Shown here piece by piece: positions 12,501 through 25,792 of a stretch of DNA of 64,000 nucleotides. Source of the DNA: Azolla caroliniana (Eukaryota > Plantae > Polypodiophyta); contig JBHGNT010000012.1 of assembly GCA_043228905.1 (NCBI GenBank), positions 5,890,001 through 5,954,000 of the forward strand, written 5' to 3'. The position numbers and the translations under genes were made by a program. The notes beneath the pieces are model-generated. The model saw only the letters and a program-made list of their open reading frames with translations, ran no database searches and had not been told where the DNA came from. Within the stretch, counting starts at the first letter, position 1, and each line of letters starts with the position of its first letter.

Positions 12501-15184
12501 TATGTTGGTGAACCGGTGCCCTATGTCAGCCGGATTTCATAAACTTGGGTCCGACGCGACCCCTTTTATCCGCACATCGCTGCCCTCCGGCAAGGGTGCC
12601 GCGACTGGCCTCACCTTCCGGTCCACAGTCTTGTATTTCGTATCCACGCGGGCCGTCCGATCCGACCCGATCCTTTCCCCGAAGTTTGCGATGACTTCGT
12701 ACATTCCCATTGACCCCACCGGAACGGTCCAGTCTTCCCTAAGGTCTTCACCGATGACCTTTCGTAGTTTGTCCAAGGTGTCGTCAAAAGAGACCGCCTC
12801 CACGGCGCCGCTGATGCCCTCGTCGACGAAGAGGACTCCGCATCCCCTGAGCCGCTCCTCCGCTCGCTTCCTCTCCCTGCCGCTGACGCTGGTTATAGTA
12901 CAACCTCCGATGTCGGAGAACCAAAATTTCCTACCTATGGTACAGGTCTTCTTTTGTACTATACCTTTGTGGGGTTCTTCCCGGGTGTCCGGACTATCGC
13001 GGCCCCACGCCTTGACAGCCCTCTCTAAAAATCCCCTTGGGTTTCGCTGCCGAGGGCCTCGCGGTTACGCTCGTGGTTTGGTCGCACCGTTAGGAACTGG
13101 ACCGAGTGACGCTCGTCTTGGCTCTTGACTCTTGCATAGGCTGAACCGTTGTCCAACACCTTAGTCTCCATCCGTGCCGCCGTGATATATGGCTCCCCTA
13201 GTATAACCGGATGCGAGGACGTCTCCTGCACGAAGAAGTGCTGGTCGATCTCGACATCGCCGATTTTCACCCGTACATTCAGACAGGCCCCATGTAGTTC
13301 TTCCGTGGCGCGCGTCGCTGCCCGTATCTTCCAGCCATGCTTGGTGTTGATCGGCCATTTACCCTTCTTGTAGAAATCCATGGACATCAGATTGATTTCG
13401 GATCCATGGTCTACCAACGCCACCACTGGTTCCAGAACGTTGTCGATCCGTACAGGGGTTTCCGTAGTCGCCCTGGCCCAATGTGGCTTCGTGTAGTGGC
13501 TCCCCGCCAGCTCATCTTCCAGGGCTCTGTCTTCCAAGTGCGTTGTCCGCACTTCCACCGGCTTCTCCGGTTCCGGCTCCGTCGAGAGCCTCTTCCGCTT
13601 CACCAAGTCTACGATAGAGTCATGGAACTCCCTCTTGGCGATTCCCAGCACCTCCCGCAACGACAACTCCACTTTACTGTCAAGGATTTGCTCTTCAAGG
13701 ACCTTCCGTAGGTCCGTTGCTCTCTAGATTTCGGTGCTCAACCGAAACCCCGCCTGCTTCTTCCCATCCGGCACGCCTAGGTTGCCAGCACAGGTTGGTT
13801 TCGGTCCGAACCGGGTCTCATACCTCGGGGGGCCAACCCCTCCGGCTTTTCCTGCCCGTTTGTCCTCCACAAGAACCTCGTAGTTCTGGCAAGCGGCTTC
13901 TACGAAGCCCGTTTTCTCTTTGACCGGATCGTCCCAACCGGTGACCTCCTGGATCCGTTGTTCCACGCGGTCCGCCTCTTCCTTCCTCAGCCGAACACCG
14001 GAGAGGCCTTCTAGCACTAGCGGCCAGAATCCGGAGTCCTTCGCCTTCCGGGTCTCATCAACCCCGACCCGAATTCCCGCCAACACTGAGTAGTTAACGG
14101 CTTTGACGTGCCGTGCCGCGGCCTCTTCCATCAACCTCTTCATTCCGCCGCGCCTCGTATTCAGTTCAAGGGCTCTCCGGGTCTCGCTCGCGTGCACCCG
14201 CCCATTCCAGAGGTACACCACGTTGGTCCTGAGCGCGTTGGCGAAATCCGCGCAATCCTTCCGAATGTGACCGATCGCGTCACACCACATGCACCGCTGC
14301 CCAGCTGGCGGCCTCCGGTCGCGAGGTTGTTCACCGCTGTCTCTTCGGGCCTGTGCGATCTACAGGTCGCGCACCATCTGTGTTAGCTCCTCCAGAGCCA
14401 CTCCTCCAGATGGGCCTCTGACCACGTCGTTCGATGCCGACCCCGACTCCGGCCAGATTCGGGTCTCTTCCTTCCTCCCAGTCGGCACCGAAATCGGCTC
14501 CTCGAGCCTCCTCCCTGGGACCGGCCCCGACCCCGACGTGCTTCCGTCGCTCCAATCGCACCGTTTGTCGAAACGGCTGCAAACCCGTTTTACCACGGCC
14601 CAGTCCATCGTGAGCCCTTCGTCCATTTCCAATAGGGGCCCCACCTTTTCCTTGTCGAGTGCATCCACCGACTTGACAAACAGCAGTACTCGACTTGTTT
14701 CGAGCACCGTCCAGTCCAGCGTCGACAGCCACGCGAACCGTTTTTCGAACTCCTGGAGGAGCACCGACGTGTTCCTCCCTTTTTCGGGGCTTTCCACCCA
14801 CGCCATGAAGTCCTGCCTCGACAGCGGGAGCGAGTCGTCAAACCCGTACTTCTTGAGGAGTTGCAGCTCGAACTCCTCCCAAGTCTGGCATCCGGCCAAC
14901 ACCTCGAGCACCTCCGCATGGATGCCCGGCATCACCACCCGAGGGAATCCGGACAGCCGCATGTCCACCGAGATATCCCTCATGATCATTTCGGCCCGGT
15001 AAGCCTCCAAATAACGTGTGGCATCTTTCCCGCCGAAACGGCCTATAGAGTCGACAATCGATTCAATGGCTCTGTCGAGGGTACCCGTTCCCTCACGAGC
15101 GCACAACAGCCGGTCGACGGCCACCGCCATTGCCTCTGCTAGCTCCGATCCCCTCATCTTTCGACTCCTTTTCCGCCCTTTCAT
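9600..15184 (-). pseudogene. G1 gag-protease (15184-13025) and RT-RNaseH-integrase (13034-~9600), disrupted; RT catalytic region partly deleted near 11897
   Basis: CMWCDAIGHIRKDC, ALVDHGSEINLM, YSNRWFTVPKKNG..DLYSGYDQ..LPQGGTNS, VDTSPTGIG, FHESPWPGHRG..C..CQ-like, NGKVER, WFGPY. Confidence 0.9.
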
Positions 15185-18100
15185 GTCGGGTTCACCAAAT
15201 ATGTTGCGTTGTTACGCGCGTACGTGTAGAAAGGGGCAGGACCACGGGGGTCTTGGACAGAGGAGCGAGAGAGAGAGAGCGAGAGAGATAGAGAGACGGA
15301 GAGAGAGATTCACCGACACGTAGGAGCGAGAGAGAGAGATATAGAACGTAACACTTAATTATAATGACAGAGATTACAAACACCAACAGTTACAACCGAC
15401 AGAGCGGCGATGGACCTGTTGAGATACAAGCTCAACATCGGCCGGATCGGCTGAAGAAGCCGAGAAGCAGATCGGTTGGGACCGATCGGTTAGGCCGAGT
15501 ACATAAACCGGGAGGTCGTTAGGAAAGATATTCCGTGAGGAATATATTTGGGAGTTAGTGTAGGAGCTCTTAAATGAGCATTGAAGTATTGTTAGTACTT
15601 CGGTCAATCCTTCTAGGGCTTGTATAAAAGTGTTCACTGAGCACGTCTTATACACAGAGATTGAGTATTATTGTTGAATATAGTTTTTTGTGTTTCTCTC
15701 TCTGTCTCTCCCGCGTATACCGTGTAAGCCTAAGCTCTCCATTGAACCTGAGTTTCCTTCCTCTGTTCTGTCTTCATACTTGCTTCCGCACGCTACTTTC
15801 TACATGGTATCAGAGCGCGAGGGTTGAGAACCTCTCTGCAGCCGACACAGCTTAACGAAGAAGAACAAGAAGAACGATGGATAGAGGCATGGCGAGGTCG
15901 CTTCCAACAGAGAAGCTCGACAGAACCAACTACGCTTCTTGGTCCTACAAGATGCACCAGTACCTGCTCGGGCACGACTACTGGAGTTATGTCGAAGGAG
16001 CTAATGATGCGGCACCCGAATCGACACACAGAGACTTCCCGTTGTGGGACCAATCAGCGAGCAGGGTACTATACTGCTTCGCGTCGTGTGTGGGCGAACA
16101 ACTATTGAGCTATGTTCGGGATGCAAAGACGCCGAAGGGTGCGTGGGAAAATCTAAAGAAGATTTTCGCCGCAAGCACCACAGCCAGGAAGCTTCAGCTC
16201 CAACAGGAGTTGAGCAACCTACGACAACGCGATTTGTCGGTGGCGGACTATACCTCGAAGATCAAGGATATCTGCGACTCCCTTGCCTCCATAGAGGTGA
16301 ACATCGAGGAGAGCGAGATGGTCCAGATCTGTCTCAGAGGTTTGGCGTCGAAGTTCGGAGCGTTCTGAACGGCTGTGTGTACTTGGGAGAATACGCCGTC
16401 CTTTTTCGACTTATAGTCGATGCTCCTGGTAGAGGAGAACCACGCGGGTGCGTCGACAAGCACGCACACCGACAACAGAATGTTGTACACGGAGGGAGAT
16501 AGGCCCCATGGTCGTGGCGGACGAGGCGAGTTGGTACGCAATGGAAGCGGCCGACGTGATCAAGGAAGAAGGCACCGAAGTGATGCCGACAACAACTCTG
16601 GACCCTCCGGAAACAGGGGGAGTCGAAGCAATGAGAACCGGCAAGGGAAGTCCATCGCGGAGTGCTGGTACTGTGGCAAGAAAGGCCACAAGGAAAGTGA
16701 GTGCTGGAAGAAGTGCGCCGATTCGGAGAGAAATGGCTCCAGAAATACCGACAAGGGAAATCGGCAGCGATCGCACTACGTTGAAGACTCCGGGAGAGCC
16801 GGAGAAGGGTCTGTCTTCGTGACGAGACACGAAGCAAACTCAATGAAACAGAGCACCCCGAGATCGGATGAGGTGTGGTACGTAGACTCCGGCGCGTCAA
16901 ACCACATGACGAGCCATAAGGAGTGGTTCTCGTACCTTGAAAAACCGATACAACCTAGAGTAGTCGCAACAGGAGACGACACTCCGCATCCAATCGCGAA
17001 TGTCGAAGAAGTTCCCCTTAGCCATGTTGGGCAGAAAGGGAAACTCAAGAACGTGTTGCACGTTCCGACAATCACGAAGAACTTGGTCTCGATCGGACAG
17101 ATCGTCGACCAAGGGATGGAGGTTCGGTTTACACACCTCGGGTGCTTCATTGAGGAAGAAGGCCATGTGATTGCGCAAGGGCGCAGAGACGGGAGGATGT
17201 TCATCCTCGATTCCACTGACGGCGGCACCGCAATGTTCGCAAAGGACAAAAGACCAAGTCGGACATCGACTTGTGGCACAAGCGGATAGGCCACGTCAAC
17301 TATCAGCGGCTTCAAGATCTGCAAACGAAACAGGTAGTGTTCGGATTGCCCAAATTTAGTGGCCGAAAGGCACAAATTTGTGAAGCCTGCCAGCCCGGGA
17401 AGCAACACCGACTTCCCTTCCCCAACGAGCGAAACCGGAGCCGGAACAAGCTCAACCTTATACACTCCGATGTATGGGGGCCGGCACAAAACGTTAGTCT
17501 TGGCGGGAGCCGATATTTCGTCTCCTTCATCGACGACCACACGCGGCACACGTGGATCTACCTCATTGAGAGGAAGAGCGAAGTCTTCGACTGTTTCCGG
17601 GACCTCAAAGGGTTCGTGGAAGCCGAAACGGGATGAAAGATCAAGTGCCTGCGGTCGGATGGCGGGAAAGTGTACTTTTCCAGTCAATTCAACGGTTGTC
17701 TACAACAAATGGGAATTCGGCGCGAATTCAGTTGTAGATACACGCCAGAGCAGAACGGCGTGGCCGAGAGAAAGAATTGGTCGATTGTGGAAGCGGCACG
17801 GGCAATGCTGGAGGAGAAGAGCTTGCCCAAGTTCTATTGGGCCGAGGCGGTAAGGACCGCGGTATACATCCAGAACTAGATCGGAGACAAAGTGTCGGCG
17901 CACGAGCTATATTTCGGAACGAAGCCGAACTTGCGACACTTGAGGGTGTTCGGTAGCATTGCGTATGTGCATGTACCGAAGGAGAAAAGGAGGAAGTTGG
18001 ACGCAAAGGCCGAGAAATGCATCTTGGTCGGTTACTCGAACGAGTAGAAGGGTTACTCGGACAAGTGCTATAACCCTTGCACCAAACAAGCACGTGTCAG

Positions 18101-20262
18101 CCACGACGTTGTGTTTGACGAGTCTGCGTCCTGGTACCAGCCCCTGACTACGAACCTTGACTCCAATCCGAGCTCTGACGATGAGGTTAGCGAGGCCGAG
18201 ATGCCTCCGGATGAGCCCGAAATCGAGACCCACGAAGAGAGTCCGATTTCACTCCGGTTAAGTGGACCGATTGGACGACTGAGTCGGTATGACCAGTCCG
18301 ATGAAGAGCCGGCGAGTAGTGGAGACTCGGCCGTGCATTCCCCGCGCAGGAAGCTGAGGAGACGGCTTACGCGCAAAGAGAAAGGGAAGAAGAAGGTGTC
18401 GGATTCCGGCACGGAAAGGAACGAGTCAGACCGACGCGAGTCCGACTCCAAGGAAACCGGTGACGGGTCCTTAAAGGTGAAGACGGCGTCGACCGAGAAG
18501 GCCTCGACATCGGCTAATGTGAGATTACGCCGATCTACCCGCCAGAAGAACCCAGTTGTGCGGTTCGGATACGAGTACATGACCCGTGTAGCGGAAGTGC
18601 GTGAGCCGGAGAGCTACGTAGAAGCGGCTAAACACGCGAATTGGCGCGCCGTGATGGAGGAAGAGATGCACGCATTGGTGGAGAACGAGACCTGGGAACT
18701 GGTTGACGCACCGAAGGGGGTAAAACCGATCGGGTGTAGATGGGTGTAGAAAGTCAAGTACAACACCGATGGCTCGGTCAACCGGTACAAGGCTTGGCTA
18801 GTGGCAAAGGACTACGCGCAGAAACACGGCATCGACTACGATGAGACGTTTGCGTCGGTCCCGAAAATGACGACCGTCCGTGTTTTGCTCGCAGTAGCCG
18901 CGGCCAAGGGGTGGCGTGGCACCTACATCAGATGGATGTAAAGAATGTGTTCCTGCAAGGTGACCTTGAGGAACAGGTGTACATGGTATAGGCCCCAGGA
19001 TTTCACTCCGGAACGAACTCCTCGGCAGTATGCCGACCGAAGAAGTCCCTTTACGGACTGAAGCAAGCCCCGCGTGCCTGGAACATGAAGATCACGCAGC
19101 AACTGCGTCGGATGGGCTTCGTCACATCAAAATCGGACTCTTCCCTGTTCATCCGGAAAGGTCGACTTGGACCGGTTAGTATTTTACTATATGTTGATGA
19201 CTTGGTCATCACCGGTGCCGACCTAAGTGAAATCAACCGCGTGAAGCTCCAGCTTGCGGCATCGTTTGACATGAAGGATCTGGGGGACCTTCATTACTTC
19301 CTCAAGATCGAAGTGATCCGTACCCCCGAAGGCATATTGATCAGCCAACGTCATTACGTGCTGAGTATGCTCTTCAAACTCGGGATGGCCGACTGTAAGT
19401 CCGTCTCGACTCCTCTGGACAGAACCATCAAGCTTTGTCCCGATACGGGAAAGGTATGCGACCCGACGAGGTTCCGACAAATTGTCGGAAGCCTCATATA
19501 CTTGACCATCACCCGACCCGACCTCAGTTACCCGGTCGGGGTGATCAGTTAGTTCATGGCGCGACCTACCGAGGAGCACCTTCAGTGTGCGCAACGCGTA
19601 CTGCGGTGTCGTGAAGAAAACCGTCCACAAGCGGAATCGGTGCACCGGAGCGTAGGAACCGGCTCTTCATATATGTGCGCCTTATGTTGTACATAGAAGA
19701 TCCTCGGTAGGTAAGAAGTTAATAGGAAACGGCTCCTTCCTTGCCTATAAAAGGAGGGAGACAAGGAGGGGAGGGGGGATCGCGAAATAAGAGAGGACGA
19801 AGTGTTGTCGGATTGTGGGCCGAAGGCTTCTCTCTCTTCCAAACTCCATAGCTTCTTTCTGTGCAGGTTTCGGGAGGCTCGCGCTGCTCTGAGGAATGCC
19901 CGAGTGCTTCCGGCAGCACCTCCAACTTACTTCCTTCTTTCTGTGCGTTTACGAACAGGCATCGACATCTGTTCGCCGGCCTGTTCGGTTGTAACCGACT
20001 TCGTGTTTTTGTTGTTTGTCTCTGTTAATATTCACATACATTCCTTCGTGTCTCTCTGTGTTGGTTTCCCGCTTGCGTCTTCGTGTCGAAGGGCCGTGTC
20101 CCTGTGGATCTACGCTCGCACCTAGTGGACCTCTTTCCTTCTCCTTTCTCTCTTGCTCTTTGATACAAGACCCCCGAGGTCCCGCCTCATTCCACGCATC
20201 CGCGAGGAATACCTCGACACCTTGGTGAACCCCACGTGAAAGAGGCGGCAGAAGAGTAGAAG

Positions 20263-22342
20263 ATGAAAGGGTCGGATCTTGCGGAGGCCATGGCTTCGGC
20301 CGTGGATCGGATATTGAGCGCACGCAAGGGCTCCGGCGCCCTCGACAGAGCCATTGAGGCGGTCGTCGGTACGATCGGCCGGTTCAGCGGAAAGGATGCC
20401 ACGAAGTATTTGGCGTCCTACGGGGCAGAAATGCTGATGCGGGACATTTTGGAAGAGAGGCGTCTTGCCGGGTTCCCTCGAGTGGCGATGCCGAGCATCC
20501 ATGCAGAGGTGCTCGAGGTGCGGGCGGAGAGTCGTACCTGGGAGGAGTTCGAAGGCCGACTCCTAGAAAAATACGGGCTGGACGATGCGCTCCGGCTTTC
20601 GAAACGGGACTTCATGGAATGGGTGGAGTCCCCCGGCAAGGGAAGAAATGCGTCGGCACTCCTCTGGGAGTTCGAAGAACGCTTTGCGCGCCTTTCGGCG
20701 CTTGACCGAACCGTTCTGGATACGAGCCGGGTCCTACTGTTCGTCAAGTCGGTGGACGAGCGGGACCGGGATCAAGTCGGCTCCTTGCTGGAAACCGAAG
20801 ATGGGCTGACGACCGACTGGGTTGCGGTTAAGAGAGTCTGTGGCCGTTTCGACAAACGGCGAGAATGGGCTGACAACGGGGCGGCTGGTGCAGGCTCTAT
20901 CACAGCAAGGAGGCTTGAACCGGCACCGCAAGGGCAAAGGGAAGAAACCCGGGAATGGCTCGAAACCGGCATGGTCAGTGGCTCGTCCGGAGGAGCAGCG
21001 CTAGACGAGTTGACGCGGGCGATAAAGGATCTCCAGATCGTCCAGACTCGAAGGGAAGGCGGCGAACAGGTGCATGTGGTGCGACGAGGTCGGCCACATC
21101 CGGAAGGACTGCTGCGATTTCGCAGAAGCGTTGAGGAACCGGGTGGTGTACCTGTGGGAAGGCCGGGTGCACGCCGGCGACACCAGAAGGGCCCTAAACC
21201 GAAACGATGGGCGAGGAGGTATGAAGAGACTGATGGAAGAGGCAGCGGCCCGACACGTGGAGGCCATCCACTACTCGGCGTTGGCCGGTATTCGGGTCGG
21301 GGGCAGCGAGGCCCGAAAGGAGACCAAGGACGGGTTCTGGTCTGCAATGCTGGAAGGCCTTGCTAGCGCACGGCTAAGGAAAGATGAAACGAACCGCGCT
21401 GAAAGACGGGTCCGGGAAATAACCGGGTGGAGCGATCCGGTCGAGGAGAAGACGGGCTTCGTAGAAGCCGCCTGCCGGAACTACGAGGCTCTGGTAGAAG
21501 ACAAACGAGTGGGGAAAGCCGGAGCGGCCGGGCCCTCACAACGGTACGAGACCCGATTCGGGCAACGACGGAACGATGCCGGTGGGTCCAGCTCGCAAGA
21601 TAACCCTAGGAAGGGCGGATACCGACTGGGGACGGAAATAGAAAGGACTACGGACCTACGAAAGGTCCTAGAAGAACGGATCCTCGACAGCAAAGTGGAG
21701 CTGTCATTGCGAGAGGTGCTAGGGATCGCAAAGAAGGAGTTCCACGACTCCATTGTGGACCTGGTGAAGCGGAAGAGGCTGTCGACGGAGACGGAACCGG
21801 AAAGACCGGTGGAGGTGCGGACGACGCACATCGACGACATGGCGCTGGAAGATGAGTGGGCAGAGAGCCACTATTCAAGGCCGCACTGGGCCCGAGCGAC
21901 CACGGAAACCCCGGTAAAGATCGGAGATGTTCAGGAACCGGTGGTGGCATTGGTGGACTACAGTTCGGAAATAAACCTGATGTCCATGGACTTCTATAAG
22001 AAGGGGAAGTGGCCAATCAACACCAAGCACGGGTGGAAGATACGAGCGGCGACGCGTGCCACCGAGGAACTGCACGGGGCCTGCCCGAACGTGCGAGTCA
22101 AGATTGGCGACGTCAAGATTGACCAGCACTTCTTCATACAGGAGACGTCCTCGCACCCGGTCATATTAGGTGAACCATACATCACGGCGGCGCGGATGGA
22201 GACCAAGATGCTAGACAACGGTTTGGCCTACGCGAGGGTCAAAAGCCAGGACGGGTGCCATTCGGTCCAATTTCTGACGGTGCGGCCGAACCACGAGAGA
22301 AACCGCGAATCCCTCGGTGGCGAGAACCGGGAGGATTTTTAG
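20263..22342 (+). pseudogene. G2 Gag-protease ORF (one frameshifting deletion near 21070)
   Basis: ORFs 20263- and 21074-22342; CMWCDEVGHIRKDC knuckle; aspartic protease ALVDYSSEINLM...VILGEPY; ends ..REDF TAG. Confidence 0.9.
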
Positions 22343-25300
22343 AGAGGGCTGCCAAGGCGTGGGGCCGAGACAGCCCGGACACTCGGAAAAGACCCCACGA
22401 CTGTACGATAGGTGGGAAATTTTGCTTCTCCAACAACGGAGGGTGTATGGTAGTCGGCATCGTCGGCCGAGAAAGGACAAGGGCGGAAGTGCGACTTCGA
22501 GTGTGCGGAGTTCTCGGCCCGGACGAGGAAATTAGCGGAGCCGTGGAGGCGGTCTCCTTCGACGACACCTTGGGAATGCTGAGGAAGGTAGCCGGAGAAG
22601 ACCTTAGCGAAGACCGGACGATACCGGTATGTTCCGAAGAGATGTACGAAGTCATAGCGAACTTCAGTCGGGGGCTCGGGTCGGATCGGACGGCCCGAGT
22701 TAGCACGAAGTACAAGACTGTGAACCGGAAGGTAAGGCCAGTCGCAGCACCCTTGCCGGAGGGCAGCGAGTCCCGAATTAGAGGGGTTGCGTCGGACCCC
22801 AGTTTACGAGATCCGGCCTGCATAGGACACACCTTCACCGACGGAACGCTCCGGGAGCTCAAGATCGGTGGGGGCGGGTTCCTACTACCAGCGGAGGAAG
22901 ACCGGTTTTGGAGAATGTTCGGAAGGCACGGGAAAGCCTTCGCATTTTCGCCGGAAGAGATCGGGTGCGTAGACCCGACAATCGTGGAGCCGATGGTGAT
23001 ATTCACGGTACCGCATGTGCCGTGGAATCTCAAGCCGATTCCGGTACCGAGAGCTCACATCCCGAAGTTGATGGAGCTATTGAGGCAAAAAGTAGATATG
23101 GGCATTCTTGAACCGTCGAGTGCCCATACTCGAACCGATGGTTTACCGTACCGAAGAAAAACGGACATTGCGCTTCATTCAAGACCTGCAGCCGGTCAAC
23201 AGAGTGATCATTCGGAACGCAGGAATTGGACCGACCATAGACGAGTTCGCGGAGGCCTTCGCCGGAAGGTCGATTTACTTGGTTGGTGATCTGTACTCAG
23301 GGTACGACCAGTTCCAGCTAGCCGTGGAGAGTAGAGACATTACGACGATGCGAACTCCCCTCGGCCTAGTGCGAATGTGTACCCTGCCACAAGGAGGGAC
23401 CAACTCGGTGACCCACATGGTGAATGCAATGAACAAAGTACTGAGGGATTGCATCCCGGACATCACCATGCCGTTTCTAGACGACATCCCTATCAAGGGG
23501 TGCCTGGTGGAGGAGAAGGACGAGACAGTCGGGCCGGACGGATGCCGGCGATTCGTGGCAACACACATCGACGACTACGAGAAGGTGCTACAAAGGCTAG
23601 AGGATGCGAGGCTCACCTTCTCCGGGGAGAAATCGGCCTTTGGGCAATCGGAAATCCTGGTGGTCGGACACCTATGTGGACCCTATGGCCGGAAGCCGTC
23701 TCCGGCAAAGGTAGAAGCCATCTCCGCGATGAAGACCGACTGTAGCTCGATTACAGAAGTTCGGAGGTTCCTGGGGGCCTGCGCGTTCTACCACATATGG
23801 ATCCCGCATTACGCCCACGTTGCGGAGCCGCTATACGGGTTGCTGAAGAAAGGGCGAAAATTCGAGTGGCGAGACGAGCACATGGAGTCGATCCGGAAGC
23901 TGAAGGAAGCTCTTGCGGCAGCACCGACGCTCCAGAAGGCTGTCTACGAGAAGGGTACCCCAATATACATAATGGTGGATACGAGTCTGACCGGGATCGG
24001 ATGGGTCGTCAACCAAGAAGACGGGGACGGCATTCGGTTCCCGATCCGATTCGGCGCGAAGGTCCTCAGTAGGCGACAGCGAGGGTACGCCCAGGTTAAA
24101 CGCGAACTCTGGGGTATCATTTCGGCGGTAAAGGCCGACAAAGACTACCTGATCGGGACGGAAGTGATTATCGAGACGGATTGCCTGCCAATTCTCGGCA
24201 TGGTTTCCGGATGCGCGACACCAGACCTGGCGATGCTCAGGTGGATAGCGTACATCAAGTCCCTGGACCCGGAAATACGGCACATTTCCGGAAAGGACAA
24301 CGCCATGGCCGACATGCTTTCGAGGGCGAGGTTTGATGATGAGGGCGGCATGGTTTCGGAGGACGAAGAAGTCGGCGTGGACTTCTTCGAGGCGGCGTAC
24401 GTGACGACCGATGGGACGAGCACTCCGGCACTTAACGACTTCGATGAGAGCAAGTACGACGGCGAGTGGCTCCAGATCGGTGGATTTTTTAGCACAATGA
24501 CGCTGAATGCGTCATGGACGAAGGACGAGGCCAACCGGATCCGGAAGAAAGCTTACCGATTCTTTCTCCGGGACGGATACTTATGGAAGCACCCGAAGAA
24601 GAGGAACGGCGTCCCGCTCCGGGTGGTGGCGATGAAGGAAGAACAGGAGGAGCTGCTGACGGCCTACCACGACAGCCCTTGGGCTGGACACCGTGGAACG
24701 TGGGCCACGTTCGAGAAGATAAAGGGGAAGTACTGGTGGCCGGGACTGTACCGGGACGTGCATCGGTTCGTGACAACTTGCGAGAGCGGTCAGATGCACT
24801 CCGTAGTCCGACATCGGGACGAGCTTCACCCTACGTACCCGCCGACCATCCACTTCAAATGGATGGTAGATCTGGTGTTGAAGCTGATGGGAGTAGGACA
24901 GATGCGGTACCTGGTCCTGGCTCGGGAAGATCTGACGAACCAGGTAGAAGGCCGAGCCCTTCAAAACATAACGACCGCGGCCGTATGTCGGTTCCTGATT
25001 GAGGACGTGATATGCCGATACGGGTGCGTCGGGAAGATAGTGGCTGATCGCGGGGAGTTGGACGCCGAAGAGGCCGAGGAGCTATTCGACCGGCTAGGAG
25101 TCAAGCTCTCGCTCACCATTGCATACAATCCGGAGGCGAATGGGAAGGTGGAGCGCGGACACGGACCGATCGTCAAGGCGTTAGTTCGGGCATGCGGAGG
25201 TCAAGTCGGGAACTGGCCGCGGCTGTTGCCTTACGCGTTGTGGGCGGACCGAACTACGCACAGTTCGGTAACCGGATTCATGCCGGCAGAGCTCATGTTT

Positions 25301-25792
25301 GGGCAGAAGCCGATCATGCCGATGGAACGTACGATCTCCTCCTGGGCAACCATGGACTGGAGAGATGAGATGAGCCGGGAGGAACTGTTGACGGCGCGCA
25401 TACGAAGACCGGAGGACGTGGAGCAGGCTGCGGAAAAGCTTCGGGTGGCAAGGACCAGGAACAAAGCCCGGTTCGACCGGACGCACCGGCTCCGACCGAA
25501 GAAGATCGAGGAAGGCGACTGGGTGCTAGTCTACGACAGCAGCCTCGACAACCAGCACCGAGCGACACGGAAGTTCGCAAGAAGGTGGTTCGGGCCTTAC
25601 GTGGTACAAAGCGCCAACGACAACGAGACGTACCATCTGGCAGAACTCGACGGTACGAGAATGGCGATACCGGTAGCTGGGAAGCGGATCAAAGCGTTCA
25701 AGAAGCGTCACGACAACGAGCCGGATCCGGTTGACCTGGACCGGGACGACGAACGATCCGAAACTGAAGAAGAACCGACGGGCGGGGAATAA
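22333..25792 (+). pseudogene. G2 Pol: linker, RT, RNase H and integrase with GPY motif, no chromodomain; local frameshifts near 23120-23165
   Basis: ORFs 22255-23289 and 23108-25792; PFLDDIPIKG, HDSPWAGHRG, WMVDLV, IVADRGE, NGKVERGH, RRWFGPY. Confidence 0.9.
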
